NCBI GenBank assembly: GCA_046757665.1
Contig: JBHHYO010000042.1
Span: 1-23,287 of the forward strand
DNA length: 23,287 bases
Direction: 5' to 3'
Source: Nitrospinales bacterium
Lineage (GTDB): Bacteria > Nitrospinota > Nitrospinia > Nitrospinales > JAJDAT01
In this document: positions 1 through 9,292 of the stretch, in pieces
Numbering within the stretch: position 1 is the stretch's first letter
Layout of the letters: each line of letters opens with the position of its first letter
Notes under the pieces: generated by a model
What the model was told of the DNA's origin: nothing
The model's input: only the letters and a program-made list of their open reading frames with translations
The model's database searches: none
Position numbers and translations under genes: made by a program

Positions 1-56
1 TTACTGGTGAAGTGTTCATTCGCCGCTTGCCATTCCGGCAAATCAGGCAAAATCAT
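1..56 (-). CDS. Possible 5' end of a gene running off the window (MILPDLPEWQAANEHFTS...)
   Basis: ATG at 56-54, frame open to the window edge, 50 nt downstream of the preceding minus-strand gene. 'LPEWQA..H' loosely recalls N-termini of glucose-6-phosphate isomerases, but 18 codons cannot establish identity. Confidence 0.3.
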   Translation of the reverse strand, partial: MILPDLPEWQAANEHFTS

Positions 57-106
57 TGTTTATCATTTTCCGCCCAAAAAAAGGATTTTAAGTCAAAACG
101 GAAAAA

Positions 107-1639
107 TTAGTCATCTCTTTTTTGGCTGTCCAGCAAAATGAACGACTCCAGCAAATCCAGGGAATTTTTTTTCTCCAATGTGAGTTTGTTTTGCTCGTAA
201 TGTTCTTCTGTGGGTTGCAGGTCGAAACCTTCCGGAAGCTCTTCCTTCTCAGGAACCGTCTCTGCTTCTTTACCCGGTGGGGGAATTTGCATTTTTTGCA
301 ATTGTTTCTCGAGATTTTTCTGAAAATTTACAAGATGGTTGATTTTCCGGTGAGTTTTTTTCGGGTCGAGCCGTGGTTTCTTTTCGATTGAGGGTTCGGG
401 TTCCCGTTCAACGGTTAATTGCAGGTCGTCCGCGGCAGTTTCTTCTTGTGGCGGCAAAGCGGGGGGCAAGGTTTTCTCGATTTTTTCATTGTGGACTGTG
501 GCCGAAGGCTCTTGGTCAACAGCAAGCTCGAACGGTTCCTGTTCTGCCGTTAGCGGGTCTGTTTTCGCGAGTTCTTCCATCGCGGGATGGTCGGCCAATG
601 TTTCTTCGTTTTCCTCTATAAATTGTTCTGAAAGCTCCTGGATCGTTTGCTCCATGTCTTCCTGAAAATCCACCAGGGAGTCGTCCATCTCTTCGGCTTC
701 TTCCGGTTCTCCGTCTTCCTCCGGCACTGTTATGGGAGTTTCCTCGTTTTCAAGAATTTCTTTTTCCATTACGGCAAGAGGATCGTACTCATCGGCGCCG
801 GCATCGGAATCTTGCTCGTGGTCAAGAGAAGAAGCAAGTTTTGACGAATTTTCTTTGGCGGGAATTTCTTCGCCGGCTTCTTCCCGAGGAGTATCGACGT
901 CTTGAAATTCATTTTCCAATCGTACAAATTCTTCTTCCAGTTTTTGCAGGATTTTTCCGTCCTTGACTGCTTCGTCGGGAGAATCAACGGCAGGTTCTTG
1001 TTCTTGTGCTTTTAGTGCATCGTCTTGTTTGTGATCAGGTTCCGATACATCCTCCGATTCATAAGGTTCCGCGGTCAGGGTGGAGTCGGTAATGAATGAG
1101 TCGTCGTTTTCTATGGTCAGAGTTTTTTCATACTTAGCCCGTTCATCAGACAACAAGGGTTTTGCCTCACCGTTGTCCAAGCCCTCCTCGCTTGTGCCTG
1201 GACTGGGGGACAGAGGCTGTTCCTCTTCTTCATACTCGTCTTCCTCCAGGGATTTCTTTAAATCCTCAAGCATTTGTTTCCGTTCGGTTTTGATTTTTCT
1301 GTAACGGACAACGGCAAGCGAAAGACCGGCAATCAGCAGAATGATACTGGCCAATACTAACGGCTGATCTTTGATGGTTTTAAAAAAAGTATTGAAGGCT
1401 CCCCCCGCCTGGGACCCCATCAGGCCTTTTAATGTGGCCCAGATGAATTGCAGGGTTTCGAAGGATTTTTGCAGAATGGTTTCCGTGAAATCGTTCAGGG
1501 AGGATGTTATAACGGGGCCGTCAGGAGAAAGTTTGCTTGGATTTAAAAAAAATTTATCGAAGGCCGGACTTGAGGCCGGGAGCAAAACGCCGAATTTGAT
1601 TTTCCGGCGTCGGTGTTTTTTAACCCAGGGTCGTTTCAT
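107..1639 (-). CDS. Hypothetical single-pass membrane protein with long acidic low-complexity tail (510 aa)
   Basis: Long ORF. One hydrophobic segment (PLVLASIILLIAGLSLAVV) is followed by RYRKIK, then about 300 aa rich in E/D/P and a helical C-terminal segment. True start uncertain. Confidence 0.8.
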   Translation of the reverse strand: MKRPWVKKHRRRKIKFGVLLPASSPAFDKFFLNPSKLSPDGPVITSSLNDFTETILQKSFETLQFIWATLKGLMGSQAGGAFNTFFKTIKDQPLVLASIILLIAGLSLAVVRYRKIKTERKQMLEDLKKSLEEDEYEEEEQPLSPSPGTSEEGLDNGEAKPLLSDERAKYEKTLTIENDDSFITDSTLTAEPYESEDVSEPDHKQDDALKAQEQEPAVDSPDEAVKDGKILQKLEEEFVRLENEFQDVDTPREEAGEEIPAKENSSKLASSLDHEQDSDAGADEYDPLAVMEKEILENEETPITVPEEDGEPEEAEEMDDSLVDFQEDMEQTIQELSEQFIEENEETLADHPAMEELAKTDPLTAEQEPFELAVDQEPSATVHNEKIEKTLPPALPPQEETAADDLQLTVEREPEPSIEKKPRLDPKKTHRKINHLVNFQKNLEKQLQKMQIPPPGKEAETVPEKEELPEGFDLQPTEEHYEQNKLTLEKKNSLDLLESFILLDSQKRDD

Positions 1640-1965
1640 GAAAAGCCAAAACCCGCGTAAGATTAATTCAGGCTGTTTTTCATCAACGCTATCTTCGTGT
1701 TAAAATTCCAGCCATTGAAGCGCGATGGCAGGGATTTCGTTCAACAGAAGCCGGCAATTCATTGTAAAGTTGAGGTAAACTTCCTCTACTTTGTTTAAAG
1801 TGTATACAATACATCCGAGTCATGCTACCACATTCTGTAAAGAGTGAGGGGGTTAAATCGGCGGGTTTTTGTCGGTGATTGTGAGTTGGGAGGAATGACA
1901 ATGTCTGGGGATACCTTTCCCGCAGGGTAATATTCATATCCGAATTGTTCATCGAAAGCGGCGTT

Positions 1966-2703
1966 GTGGAAAAAATTTCTGTAACCATTATCACCTTGAA
2001 TGAAGAACAAAATATAGAAAGATGTCTGGACAGCGTGAAATGGGCGGATGAAATTGTCGTCCTTGATGCGTTCAGCCGGGACCGGACTGTCGAGTTGTGT
2101 CGTCGTTTCACGGATAAGGTTTACCAGGAAAGCTGGCAGGGTTATGGAAAACAGAAAAATCTGTGCGCCGCGAAAGCCAGCCACCGATGGATATTGAATC
2201 TGGATGCCGACGAGGTTGTCAGCCCGGCCTGCGCGGAGGATATTCGCCGGAAACTGGATGAAGACTCCAGCCACCCCATTTACCTCATTCCGCGAAAAAA
2301 TTTCTTTGGTGGCCGGTGGGTTCGGTTTGGCGGTTGGTACCCGGACCGCATTGCCCGCCTGTATGATAAAACGCGCGCGGCATTTACGGAGGCGGCGGTC
2401 CATGAGGAGCTTTTGCCGAACGCGGATGCCGGGGTGATCGGCCAGCCGCTGGAACATTATTCCTACCGCGACATGGCGGATTACATTGCCCGGCAAAATC
2501 ATTATTCGACCTTGGCGGCGGAGGAGATGGTGCGGGATGGAAAAGTCGGTTCGTGGTGGGATTTGTGTTTTCGCCCCCCGTGGGCGTTTGTGAAATTCTA
2601 TTTTCTGCGGCAAGGATTTCGTGAGGGATTTTTAGGTTTTTTCCTGGCCGTTGCCGCCGGGTTTTATACCTTCCTGAAATATGCCAAGACTCGCCCGGTT
2701 TAA
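1966..2703 (+). CDS. Family 2 glycosyltransferase, LPS core beta-1,4-glucosyltransferase-like (WaaE/KdtX/LgtF type)
   Basis: ISVTIITLNEEQNIERCL, IVVLDAFSRDRT, GYGKQKN, WILNLDADE (DxD), GGWYPD..RL, VHE, HYSY, GFREG. GTG 1966 chosen over TTG 1945 because family homology starts there. Confidence 0.9.
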   Translation: MEKISVTIITLNEEQNIERCLDSVKWADEIVVLDAFSRDRTVELCRRFTDKVYQESWQGYGKQKNLCAAKASHRWILNLDADEVVSPACAEDIRRKLDEDSSHPIYLIPRKNFFGGRWVRFGGWYPDRIARLYDKTRAAFTEAAVHEELLPNADAGVIGQPLEHYSYRDMADYIARQNHYSTLAAEEMVRDGKVGSWWDLCFRPPWAFVKFYFLRQGFREGFLGFFLAVAAGFYTFLKYAKTRPV

Positions 2704-2874
2704 AAAATTATGGAAAAGCCGGGATGTACGCTAAAATTGTCCTGGATGCAGTACCGGTTTGCCGGATACACGTGCTTCCGGGGTAGCTCGCCGATTCGAT
2801 CAGCGCCAAACTTCGCCCGCAACGGCACGACACGGCGCTATTTTGAAAATGTATTCCAGAGGTTCGATTGAGTT

Positions 2875-3531
2875 TTGACGAAAGCGCAGTTATTGGTATT
2901 GATGACCCCCGTTATTTTGTTTTCCCTGACGATCCATGAATACTCTCATGGGAAAGTGGCGTATTTGCTGGGCGATGCCACGGCCAAGAGCCTCGGGCGG
3001 CTGACTTTTAATCCGTTGAAACATCTGGACCCTCTTGGGGTGATCGTGTTTTATTTTTTGGGATTTGGCTGGGCAAAGCCCGTTCCCGTGGATTGGCGGA
3101 ACTTTGTGAATCCCCGGAAAGATTTAATGTACGTCTCCCTCGCCGGGCCATTATCCAATGTTGCCCTGGCGGTGATTTGCGGGTTTTTCATACGAGTGAT
3201 TGCTCCCGAGCAAAACTGGATGTTGTTTTGCTTGTTATCCTTTGGGGTATACATTAACGTTGCGCTGGCCATCTTTAATATGTTGCCGATTTATCCCCTG
3301 GACGGGTCCGGCATCTTAAAGGGGCTGGTTTCACCTGGAATCGCGGCGCGATTAAGCTCGTTGGACCGGGTGGTGGGTTTTCTGCTCTTGGGAATTTTTC
3401 TTTTGGATCATTTCATGCACACCGGTATACTTTGGAATGTGATTGGTCTGCCCATTCTGTTTGTGGTAAGTTTTCTGACCCAGGAAGCTTTTCCTCTGTT
3501 GCAACAAGTCCTGATAATGAGTTTCGGTTGA
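2875..3531 (+). CDS. Site-2 protease family (M50) membrane Zn-metalloprotease, YwhC-like
   Basis: HEYSH (HExxH), GRLTFNPLKHLDP, FGWAKPVPV, AGPLSN, FNMLPIYPLDG; hydrophobic; typical position upstream of trpS. Confidence 0.93.
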   Translation: MTKAQLLVLMTPVILFSLTIHEYSHGKVAYLLGDATAKSLGRLTFNPLKHLDPLGVIVFYFLGFGWAKPVPVDWRNFVNPRKDLMYVSLAGPLSNVALAVICGFFIRVIAPEQNWMLFCLLSFGVYINVALAIFNMLPIYPLDGSGILKGLVSPGIAARLSSLDRVVGFLLLGIFLLDHFMHTGILWNVIGLPILFVVSFLTQEAFPLLQQVLIMSFG

Positions 3532-3559
3532 TTCCAAATTAATATTTAAGCGGGAAGTC

Positions 3560-4546
3560 ATGGCAAAAAAGCGGGTGCTTAGCGGCATGCAGCCCACGGG
3601 GGCCTTGCATTTGGGGAATTATTTCGGCGCGCTTGAAAACTGGGTCAAGTTGCAGGCGGAATTTGAATGTTTTTATTTCATAGCCGACTGGCACGCCCTG
3701 ACCACCTTGTATGAAGACCCCCGCCTTATCAAACAGAATACTTTTGAGGTGGCCGTCGATTGGCTGAGTTCGGGAATCGACCCGGAGAAAAGCGTTTTGT
3801 TTGTGCAATCGCAAATCCCCGAGCACGCGGAACTTCATTTGATGCTATCCATGATCGTTCCCGTTCCCTGGCTGGAGCGCAACCCGACGTACAAGGAAAA
3901 ACAAACGGAAATAAAAAACGTCGATATGAGTTCTTACGGGTTTCTGGGATACCCCGTGTTGCAAACCGCCGACATTGTTTTGTACAAGGCCGATTTTGTC
4001 CCGGTGGGAGTGGACCAGTTGCCGCACCTTGAGTTGTCGCGTGAGATTGTCCGCCGGTTCAACAAACTTTACCGGACAAAAGTTTTCATCGAACCGGCTT
4101 CCAGGGTTTCTGAAATGCCCAAACTCAGCGGCCTTGACGGCAGGAAAATGAGCAAGAGTTATGACAACGCGATTTATCTTTCCGATTCGGAAAAAAAAAT
4201 AACCAAGAAAGTCCGATCCATGTTTACCGACCCGCAAAGAGGCCGCCGCGAAGACCCGGGCGATCCGGACGTTTGCAACCTGTACCCGTTTCACAAGATT
4301 TATTCGCCGGAAGCGATGCAGAAGGAAATCGACGCCGATTGCCGAACGGCCAGGATCGGTTGCGGCGACTGCAAGGGGATGCTGGTCGAAACCATGCTGG
4401 CGGGCATGAGGCCGCAAATGGAGAAGCGCCGGGAAATTTCCGCCAAGCCGAAACAAGTTTACGAAATTCTCGAGGAAGGAAACAAAAAAGCCCGCAAGGT
4501 GGCCAAAGCCACCCTGGACGAAGCCAAGGCGGCTATGGGACTGTGA
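3560..4546 (+). CDS. trpS: Tryptophan--tRNA ligase
   Basis: SGMQPTGALHLGNY (HIGH), IADWHALT, YPVLQTADI, VPVGVDQLPHLE, KMSKS. Confidence 0.98.
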   Translation: MAKKRVLSGMQPTGALHLGNYFGALENWVKLQAEFECFYFIADWHALTTLYEDPRLIKQNTFEVAVDWLSSGIDPEKSVLFVQSQIPEHAELHLMLSMIVPVPWLERNPTYKEKQTEIKNVDMSSYGFLGYPVLQTADIVLYKADFVPVGVDQLPHLELSREIVRRFNKLYRTKVFIEPASRVSEMPKLSGLDGRKMSKSYDNAIYLSDSEKKITKKVRSMFTDPQRGRREDPGDPDVCNLYPFHKIYSPEAMQKEIDADCRTARIGCGDCKGMLVETMLAGMRPQMEKRREISAKPKQVYEILEEGNKKARKVAKATLDEAKAAMGL

Positions 4547-4568
4547 GCCTGCGAAGAGAAAACGAAAT

Positions 4569-5006
4569 ATGGAAATTGACCAAATCCTGACCGAAAAACG
4601 CGAGGAAATATTGGAAGCCGCGGCCAGACATGGCGCCGGCAATGTTCGGGTTTTCGGTTCCGTTGTCCATGGCAACGCTGGGCCGCAAAGCGACGTGGAC
4701 CTGTTGGTGAAGATGAAGCCGGGAAGGAGCCTGCTCGATCTGATCGGCTTTTGGCAAGACGTGGAGGAGCTTCTCGGACGCAGGGTGGACGTCATTACCG
4801 ACGGTGGAATCAGCCCCTATCTCAAGGACCGGATCTATTCGGAGGCCGTGCAGTTGCGAAAGATGACCGCGTTTATCTTTTACATATCCGCGATGCGGTG
4901 GATCGCATCATGGATTATACCCGCAACGGGGAAGAGAAGTTCTTTGAAGACACGAAAACACAGGACGCGGTTGTTCGCAATCTTGAGGTTATCGGCGAGG
5001 CTGTGA
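4569..5006 (+). CDS. Minimal nucleotidyltransferase (MNT) antitoxin; 96-aa core (4569-4856) with an apparent stop-loss extension
   Basis: VRVFGSVVHGNAGPQSDVDLLV (GSx10DxD), LLGRRVDV, ends ...RIYSEAVQL like standard ~96-aa MNTs. The next codon is CGA rather than TGA, so the frame runs 49 further residues over the HEPN gene. Confidence 0.85.
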   Translation: MEIDQILTEKREEILEAAARHGAGNVRVFGSVVHGNAGPQSDVDLLVKMKPGRSLLDLIGFWQDVEELLGRRVDVITDGGISPYLKDRIYSEAVQLRKMTAFIFYISAMRWIASWIIPATGKRSSLKTRKHRTRLFAILRLSARL

Positions 5007-5071
5007 AAAACCTGTCATCTGACCTCAAGTCGGCGGAGCCCGCCATCCATGGCCTGCTGGGGAAAAAATGA
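4856..5071 (+). pseudogene. Truncated HEPN/DUF86 (HepT-like) toxin
   Basis: KDDRVYLLHIRDAVDRIMDY...QDAVVRNLEVIGEAVKNLS matches the DUF86 N-terminal two-thirds. GCG sits where the start is expected, and homology stops at EPAI before the Rx4-6H catalytic motif. Confidence 0.85.
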
Positions 5072-5116
5072 GGAAACATAAGGACTGGTTTCGAGGAACT
5101 CTTTCTATCAAAATTC

Positions 5117-7915
5117 ATGGACTATAAAGACACATTAAATTTGCCGGAAACCGATTTCCCGATGAAGGGCAACCTCACCAAAAGGGAGCCGGAGCAGTTG
5201 CGCCTTTGGGAAGACATGGACCTTTATGGAAAAATCCGCGAACAATCCAGCGGCAAACCCAAATTCGTATTCCACGACGGGCCCCCTTATGCCAACGGGC
5301 ATATCCATATGGGTCATGCGTTGAACAAAATCCTCAAGGATTTTATTGTAAAAATCCGTACCATGAAGGGCTTTGACGCCACTTTCATTCCCGGCTGGGA
5401 TTGTCATGGCTTGCCCATCGAGCACCAGGTCGGCAAGGAACTGGGCAAGAAGAAAAAAGACACCGATAACCGGCAAATCAGAAAACTTTGCAGAGAGTAT
5501 GCCGATAAATTCGTCGGCATTCAGCGGGAAGAGTTTAAACGCCTGGGGGTGCTGGCGGATTGGGAGCGGCCCTACCTGACCATGGATCATTCCTATGAAG
5601 CCGCCATCGTCCGCGAATTCGGGAAGTTTGTGCGCGCCGGCATGGTTTACCGGGGATTGAAACCCGTTCACTGGTGTACCCAGTGCCGCACCGCACTGGC
5701 GGAGGCGGAAGTGGAGTATGCGGATCATACTTCGCCATCCATTTATGTCAAGTTTCCCATAAAATCCGGCCTTTCCGATCTGCTCAAGGAAACGGAGGAC
5801 GCAAAAAGTTATTTCGTCATTTGGACCACCACTCCGTGGACCATTCCCGCGAACCTGGCCGTGTGTTTGCATCCGGACTTCAAATACGTCGGCGTTCGCG
5901 TCAATGGCGAAAACCTGATCGTTGCCCGTGAACTGCTTTCTAATTTGTTGGAGGAGTGGGGCGTCGAGAAACACGAGATTTTGCGCGAATGGACTGGCGC
6001 GGAACTGGAAGGCGTTGTTTGCCGTCATCCCTTCATCGACCGTGATTCGAAAGTCATTTTAGGCGATCACGTCACTTTGGAACAAGGCACGGGATGCGTC
6101 CATACCGCGCCGGGACACGGCCAGGAGGACTATGTCGTCGGATGCAAATATGGCCTGGATGTTTACAATCCGGTGGACGACGGTGGCGTGTTCAAACCGG
6201 ACGTGGAGCATTTCGCGGGCGAGTTCGTCACCAGGGCCAACCCCGCCATCATCGAAAAAATCCGCGAGAACGAGTGTTTGATCCGCGAATCTTCCATTAG
6301 TCATTCCTATCCGCATTGCTGGCGGTGTCGCAAGCCGATCATCTTCCGCGCCACGTCCCAGTGGTTTATCGCCATGGACAAAGCGCAACTGCGGCAAAAG
6401 GCCATGGATGCGATCCGGCAGACTCAATGGATTCCGCCCTGGGGCGAGGAGCGGATTTTCAGCATGGTGCAAAACCGTCCTGATTGGTGCATTTCCCGGC
6501 AGAGGGCCTGGGGAGTTCCCATCACTTTATTTTCCTGCCGGAGTTGTGACACCTTTGTACAGTCCCAGGAGTTTTTTGACCGGGTTGCGGGGCTGGTCGA
6601 AAAAAACGGCGCGGACTACTGGTTTGAAAAAGATGCGCCTGAACTGCTACCGCCGGGAACAAAATGCGAAAAATGCGGCTCGGCGGATTTTCGCAAGGAA
6701 AACGACATCCTCGATGTCTGGTTCGACTCGGGCGTCAGCCACGCCGCCGTGCTGGAAAATGATCCTGCCTTGGCCTGGCCGGCGGACCTGTATCTGGAGG
6801 GAAGCGACCAGCATCGCGGCTGGTTCCACAGTTCGTTGCTGGAATCCATCGGCACCCGCGGCAAAGCGCCGTACAAAACCGTTCTCACTCACGGTTACGT
6901 GGTGGACGGAAAAGGGAAGAAAATGTCCAAGTCCGCCGGCAACGTCATCGCTCCGCAAAAAATCATCAGCCAAAACGGAGCCGAGATACTCCGGCTGTGG
7001 GTGGCCTCGGAAAATTATCGGGAAGACATCCGGGTTTCCCAGGAGATACTGAGGCGATTGACGGATGCTTACCGGAAAATTCGCAACACATTCCGGTTTT
7101 TATTGGGCAATCTGAGCGATTTTGATCCGCAAAAGGATAGCGTGGCCGACGATCAATTATTCGAAATCGACCGTTTTATTCTGTATCGCTTCAATGAAGT
7201 GGCGAACAAAATATTAAACGCCTTCGATAACTATGAATTTCATGTGTTTTACCATGCCTTTTACAATTTTTGCAGTGTCGACCTGAGCGCCTTTTATCTG
7301 GATATCGTAAAGGACCGGGTTTACACCTACCCGCAGGACTCCCGGGACCGGCGGGCCGGGCAAACGACGATGTTTCGTTTATTGAACGGCATGGCCCGAT
7401 TGATGGCTCCTGTTTTGAGTTTTACGGCCGATGAGGTATGGGATCATTTGCCCAAGGGCAGTGTCGAGGAGGCGAGCGTTCATTTGGCGCCTTTCCCGGA
7501 AGTTGCCGGAGAGTATCTGGATAAGGCTCTGGTCTGTAAGTGGGATCGGATAATCCAGCTGAAAGGCGAGGCAAGCAAGGCGCTCGAAATTTGCCGCAAG
7601 GAAAAGATGATCGGCCATTCGCTGGATGCCTTGATAAAAATGGTTTTGCCTGATGAATTCGAAATGCTCCGCAAAGAGGATCTGGACAATTTGAAATATC
7701 TGTTTATTGTTTCCGATGTCGAGATCGTCGATCATTTGGATGGGGACAAGGTTTATAGCAGTGAGGCCATCGGCGGTCTGCGAATACTTGTTGACCGGGC
7801 GCCCGGGCAAAAATGTGAACGTTGCTGGAACTACTTTGTCGAACAGGAAAAAAATTCCGAACAGCCCACTATCTGTCCGCGATGCGTGGAAAACCTTTCG
7901 GCGATGAAGGCGTAG
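5117..7915 (+). CDS. ileS: Isoleucine--tRNA ligase (bacterial type 1)
   Basis: [68 protein letters not shown]-terminal CERCW...CPRC zinc finger. Confidence 0.99.
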   Translation: MDYKDTLNLPETDFPMKGNLTKREPEQLRLWEDMDLYGKIREQSSGKPKFVFHDGPPYANGHIHMGHALNKILKDFIVKIRTMKGFDATFIPGWDCHGLPIEHQVGKELGKKKKDTDNRQIRKLCREYADKFVGIQREEFKRLGVLADWERPYLTMDHSYEAAIVREFGKFVRAGMVYRGLKPVHWCTQCRTALAEAEVEYADHTSPSIYVKFPIKSGLSDLLKETEDAKSYFVIWTTTPWTIPANLAVCLHPDFKYVGVRVNGENLIVARELLSNLLEEWGVEKHEILREWTGAELEGVVCRHPFIDRDSKVILGDHVTLEQGTGCVHTAPGHGQEDYVVGCKYGLDVYNPVDDGGVFKPDVEHFAGEFVTRANPAIIEKIRENECLIRESSISHSYPHCWRCRKPIIFRATSQWFIAMDKAQLRQKAMDAIRQTQWIPPWGEERIFSMVQNRPDWCISRQRAWGVPITLFSCRSCDTFVQSQEFFDRVAGLVEKNGADYWFEKDAPELLPPGTKCEKCGSADFRKENDILDVWFDSGVSHAAVLENDPALAWPADLYLEGSDQHRGWFHSSLLESIGTRGKAPYKTVLTHGYVVDGKGKKMSKSAGNVIAPQKIISQNGAEILRLWVASENYREDIRVSQEILRRLTDAYRKIRNTFRFLLGNLSDFDPQKDSVADDQLFEIDRFILYRFNEVANKILNAFDNYEFHVFYHAFYNFCSVDLSAFYLDIVKDRVYTYPQDSRDRRAGQTTMFRLLNGMARLMAPVLSFTADEVWDHLPKGSVEEASVHLAPFPEVAGEYLDKALVCKWDRIIQLKGEASKALEICRKEKMIGHSLDALIKMVLPDEFEMLRKEDLDNLKYLFIVSDVEIVDHLDGDKVYSSEAIGGLRILVDRAPGQKCERCWNYFVEQEKNSEQPTICPRCVENLSAMKA

Positions 7916-7921
7916 AATCTT

Positions 7922-8437
7922 TTGAGGAATAAATATTTACACCTGCTTTTGATTTCCAATATTCTGATCATCCTCGATCAACTTACAAAATTTCTCGTGA
8001 TCGTCAACATTCCTCTCCATTACTCGATAAGGGTTGTGGATGGATTTTTCAACCTCACGCACATTCGAAATTCCGGAGTAGCCTTTGGATTATTCGCCAG
8101 GCACAGCTCGGAGTATAAGGCGCTGTTCTTCGTAATGATTTCATCCGTCGCCGTGGTGGCCATACTGGCTTTTTTTCATCAAACTCCGAATGACAAGAAA
8201 TGGGTGCAGACCGGTTTGATCCTGATTTTCAGCGGTGCGATCGGCAACATGATCGACCGGTTGGTGCACAAGGAAGTTATCGATTTTCTGGACTTTTTTT
8301 ACAGGGATTTTCATTGGCCGGCGTTCAACGTGGCGGATTCGTGCATTACCATTGGAGTGGGAATGATGATTCTCGATGCGCTTTTGAAAAACCCGGCTCG
8401 CCATGCGGCTCCACCCGGTGGTAAAATTGATGAGTGA
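7922..8437 (+). CDS. lspA: Lipoprotein signal peptidase (signal peptidase II)
   Basis: LDQLTK, NSGVAFG, GAIGNMIDR, VIDFLD, WPAFNVADSCI; TTG start 6 nt after ileS, a conserved synteny. Confidence 0.97.
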   Translation: MRNKYLHLLLISNILIILDQLTKFLVIVNIPLHYSIRVVDGFFNLTHIRNSGVAFGLFARHSSEYKALFFVMISSVAVVAILAFFHQTPNDKKWVQTGLILIFSGAIGNMIDRLVHKEVIDFLDFFYRDFHWPAFNVADSCITIGVGMMILDALLKNPARHAAPPGGKIDE

Positions 8438-8496
8438 GGTCTTGTCTGACGTCAAGCCGTTTGGTCTTATTAACGTAGCGTATTGAATTTTAGCCC

Positions 8497-9282
8497 ATGC
8501 ATCCCGTCCTGGTGGAATTCGGATTTTTCAAAATATTTACCTATGGGCTTCTTGTGGCCTCGGGATTTTTTATCGGCATCCTGTTGGCGGCCCATCAAGG
8601 CAAGAAGGAGGGGTTCGATCCGCAAGCGATTCTTGACCTTTGTTTTTATATTCTGCTTTCGGCGGTACTGGGGGCGCGTATTCTATACGTGATTGTCGAG
8701 TACAAATATTTTCTCGACTCACCGCTGGATATTTTTAAAGTCTGGAAGGGAGGCCTGGTTTATTACGGCGGGTTGATCCTGGCGGGCGCTTTTACATTGC
8801 TCTTTTTAAGGAAGAAGCAAATGCCCGTATGGAAAGTGGCCGATATTCTCGCGCCTTCCCTGGCCCTGGGGCAGGCGGTTGGCCGCTGGGGCTGTTTTTT
8901 CGCCGGTTGTTGTTATGGAATCAAGACGGATCTTCCGTGGGGCATTACGTTTACCGACCCGCTGTCCCTGGCCCCGTTGAATATTCCTTTGCATCCTACG
9001 CAGATTTATCTTTCGCTGAACGCGCTGTTCATTTTCGGGATTTTGATTTGGTTGCGTAAGCGCAAGACCTTCGACGGGCAGTTGATCTGGACCTATGGAA
9101 TTTTGTATTCCATCGGTCGTTTTATCATTGAATATTTTCGTGGTGACGACCGCGGGTACGTCATGGAAAATATCCTTTCCACGTCACAATTTATCGGGAT
9201 ATTCACACTCACCCTGTCCGTGTTTATGCTGTTAGTCCTGAAGCACAGGCATAACTCGGCATCCCATCAACCGAATCGATAA
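8497..9282 (+). CDS. lgt: Prolipoprotein diacylglyceryl transferase
   Basis: MHPVL, TYG, GARILYV, WKGGLVYYGG, GQAVGRWGCFFAGCCYG, HPTQIY, RFIIEYFRGD. Confidence 0.97.
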   Translation: MHPVLVEFGFFKIFTYGLLVASGFFIGILLAAHQGKKEGFDPQAILDLCFYILLSAVLGARILYVIVEYKYFLDSPLDIFKVWKGGLVYYGGLILAGAFTLLFLRKKQMPVWKVADILAPSLALGQAVGRWGCFFAGCCYGIKTDLPWGITFTDPLSLAPLNIPLHPTQIYLSLNALFIFGILIWLRKRKTFDGQLIWTYGILYSIGRFIIEYFRGDDRGYVMENILSTSQFIGIFTLTLSVFMLLVLKHRHNSASHQPNR

Positions 9283-9292
9283 AAGTATTGGT

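Noticed and set aside
1689..2613. Antisense ORFs 1689-2111 and 1825-2613
   Set aside because: Opposite a well-supported GT2 gene, with no recognisable motifs.
2718..2870. tRNA-like words (GGGGTAGCTC, GGTTCGAT) or a T-box upstream of trpS
   Set aside because: No cloverleaf can be built and no T-box antiterminator consensus is present.
4751..4855. N-terminal 35 codons of the 106-aa ORF 4751-5071 as a genuine toxin N-terminus
   Set aside because: Out-of-frame reading of the MNT gene; DUF86 similarity begins only at 4856.
3845..7810. Long antisense or alternative-frame ORFs over trpS and ileS (e.g. 3845-4795, 5135-6028, 6408-7052)
   Set aside because: Shadow ORFs expected from codon bias in conserved genes; no family motifs.
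8442..8455. TTGTC-TGAC-GTCAA as a CRP/FNR-like box between lspA and lgt
   Set aside because: Imperfect, inside an operon, with no supporting promoter.
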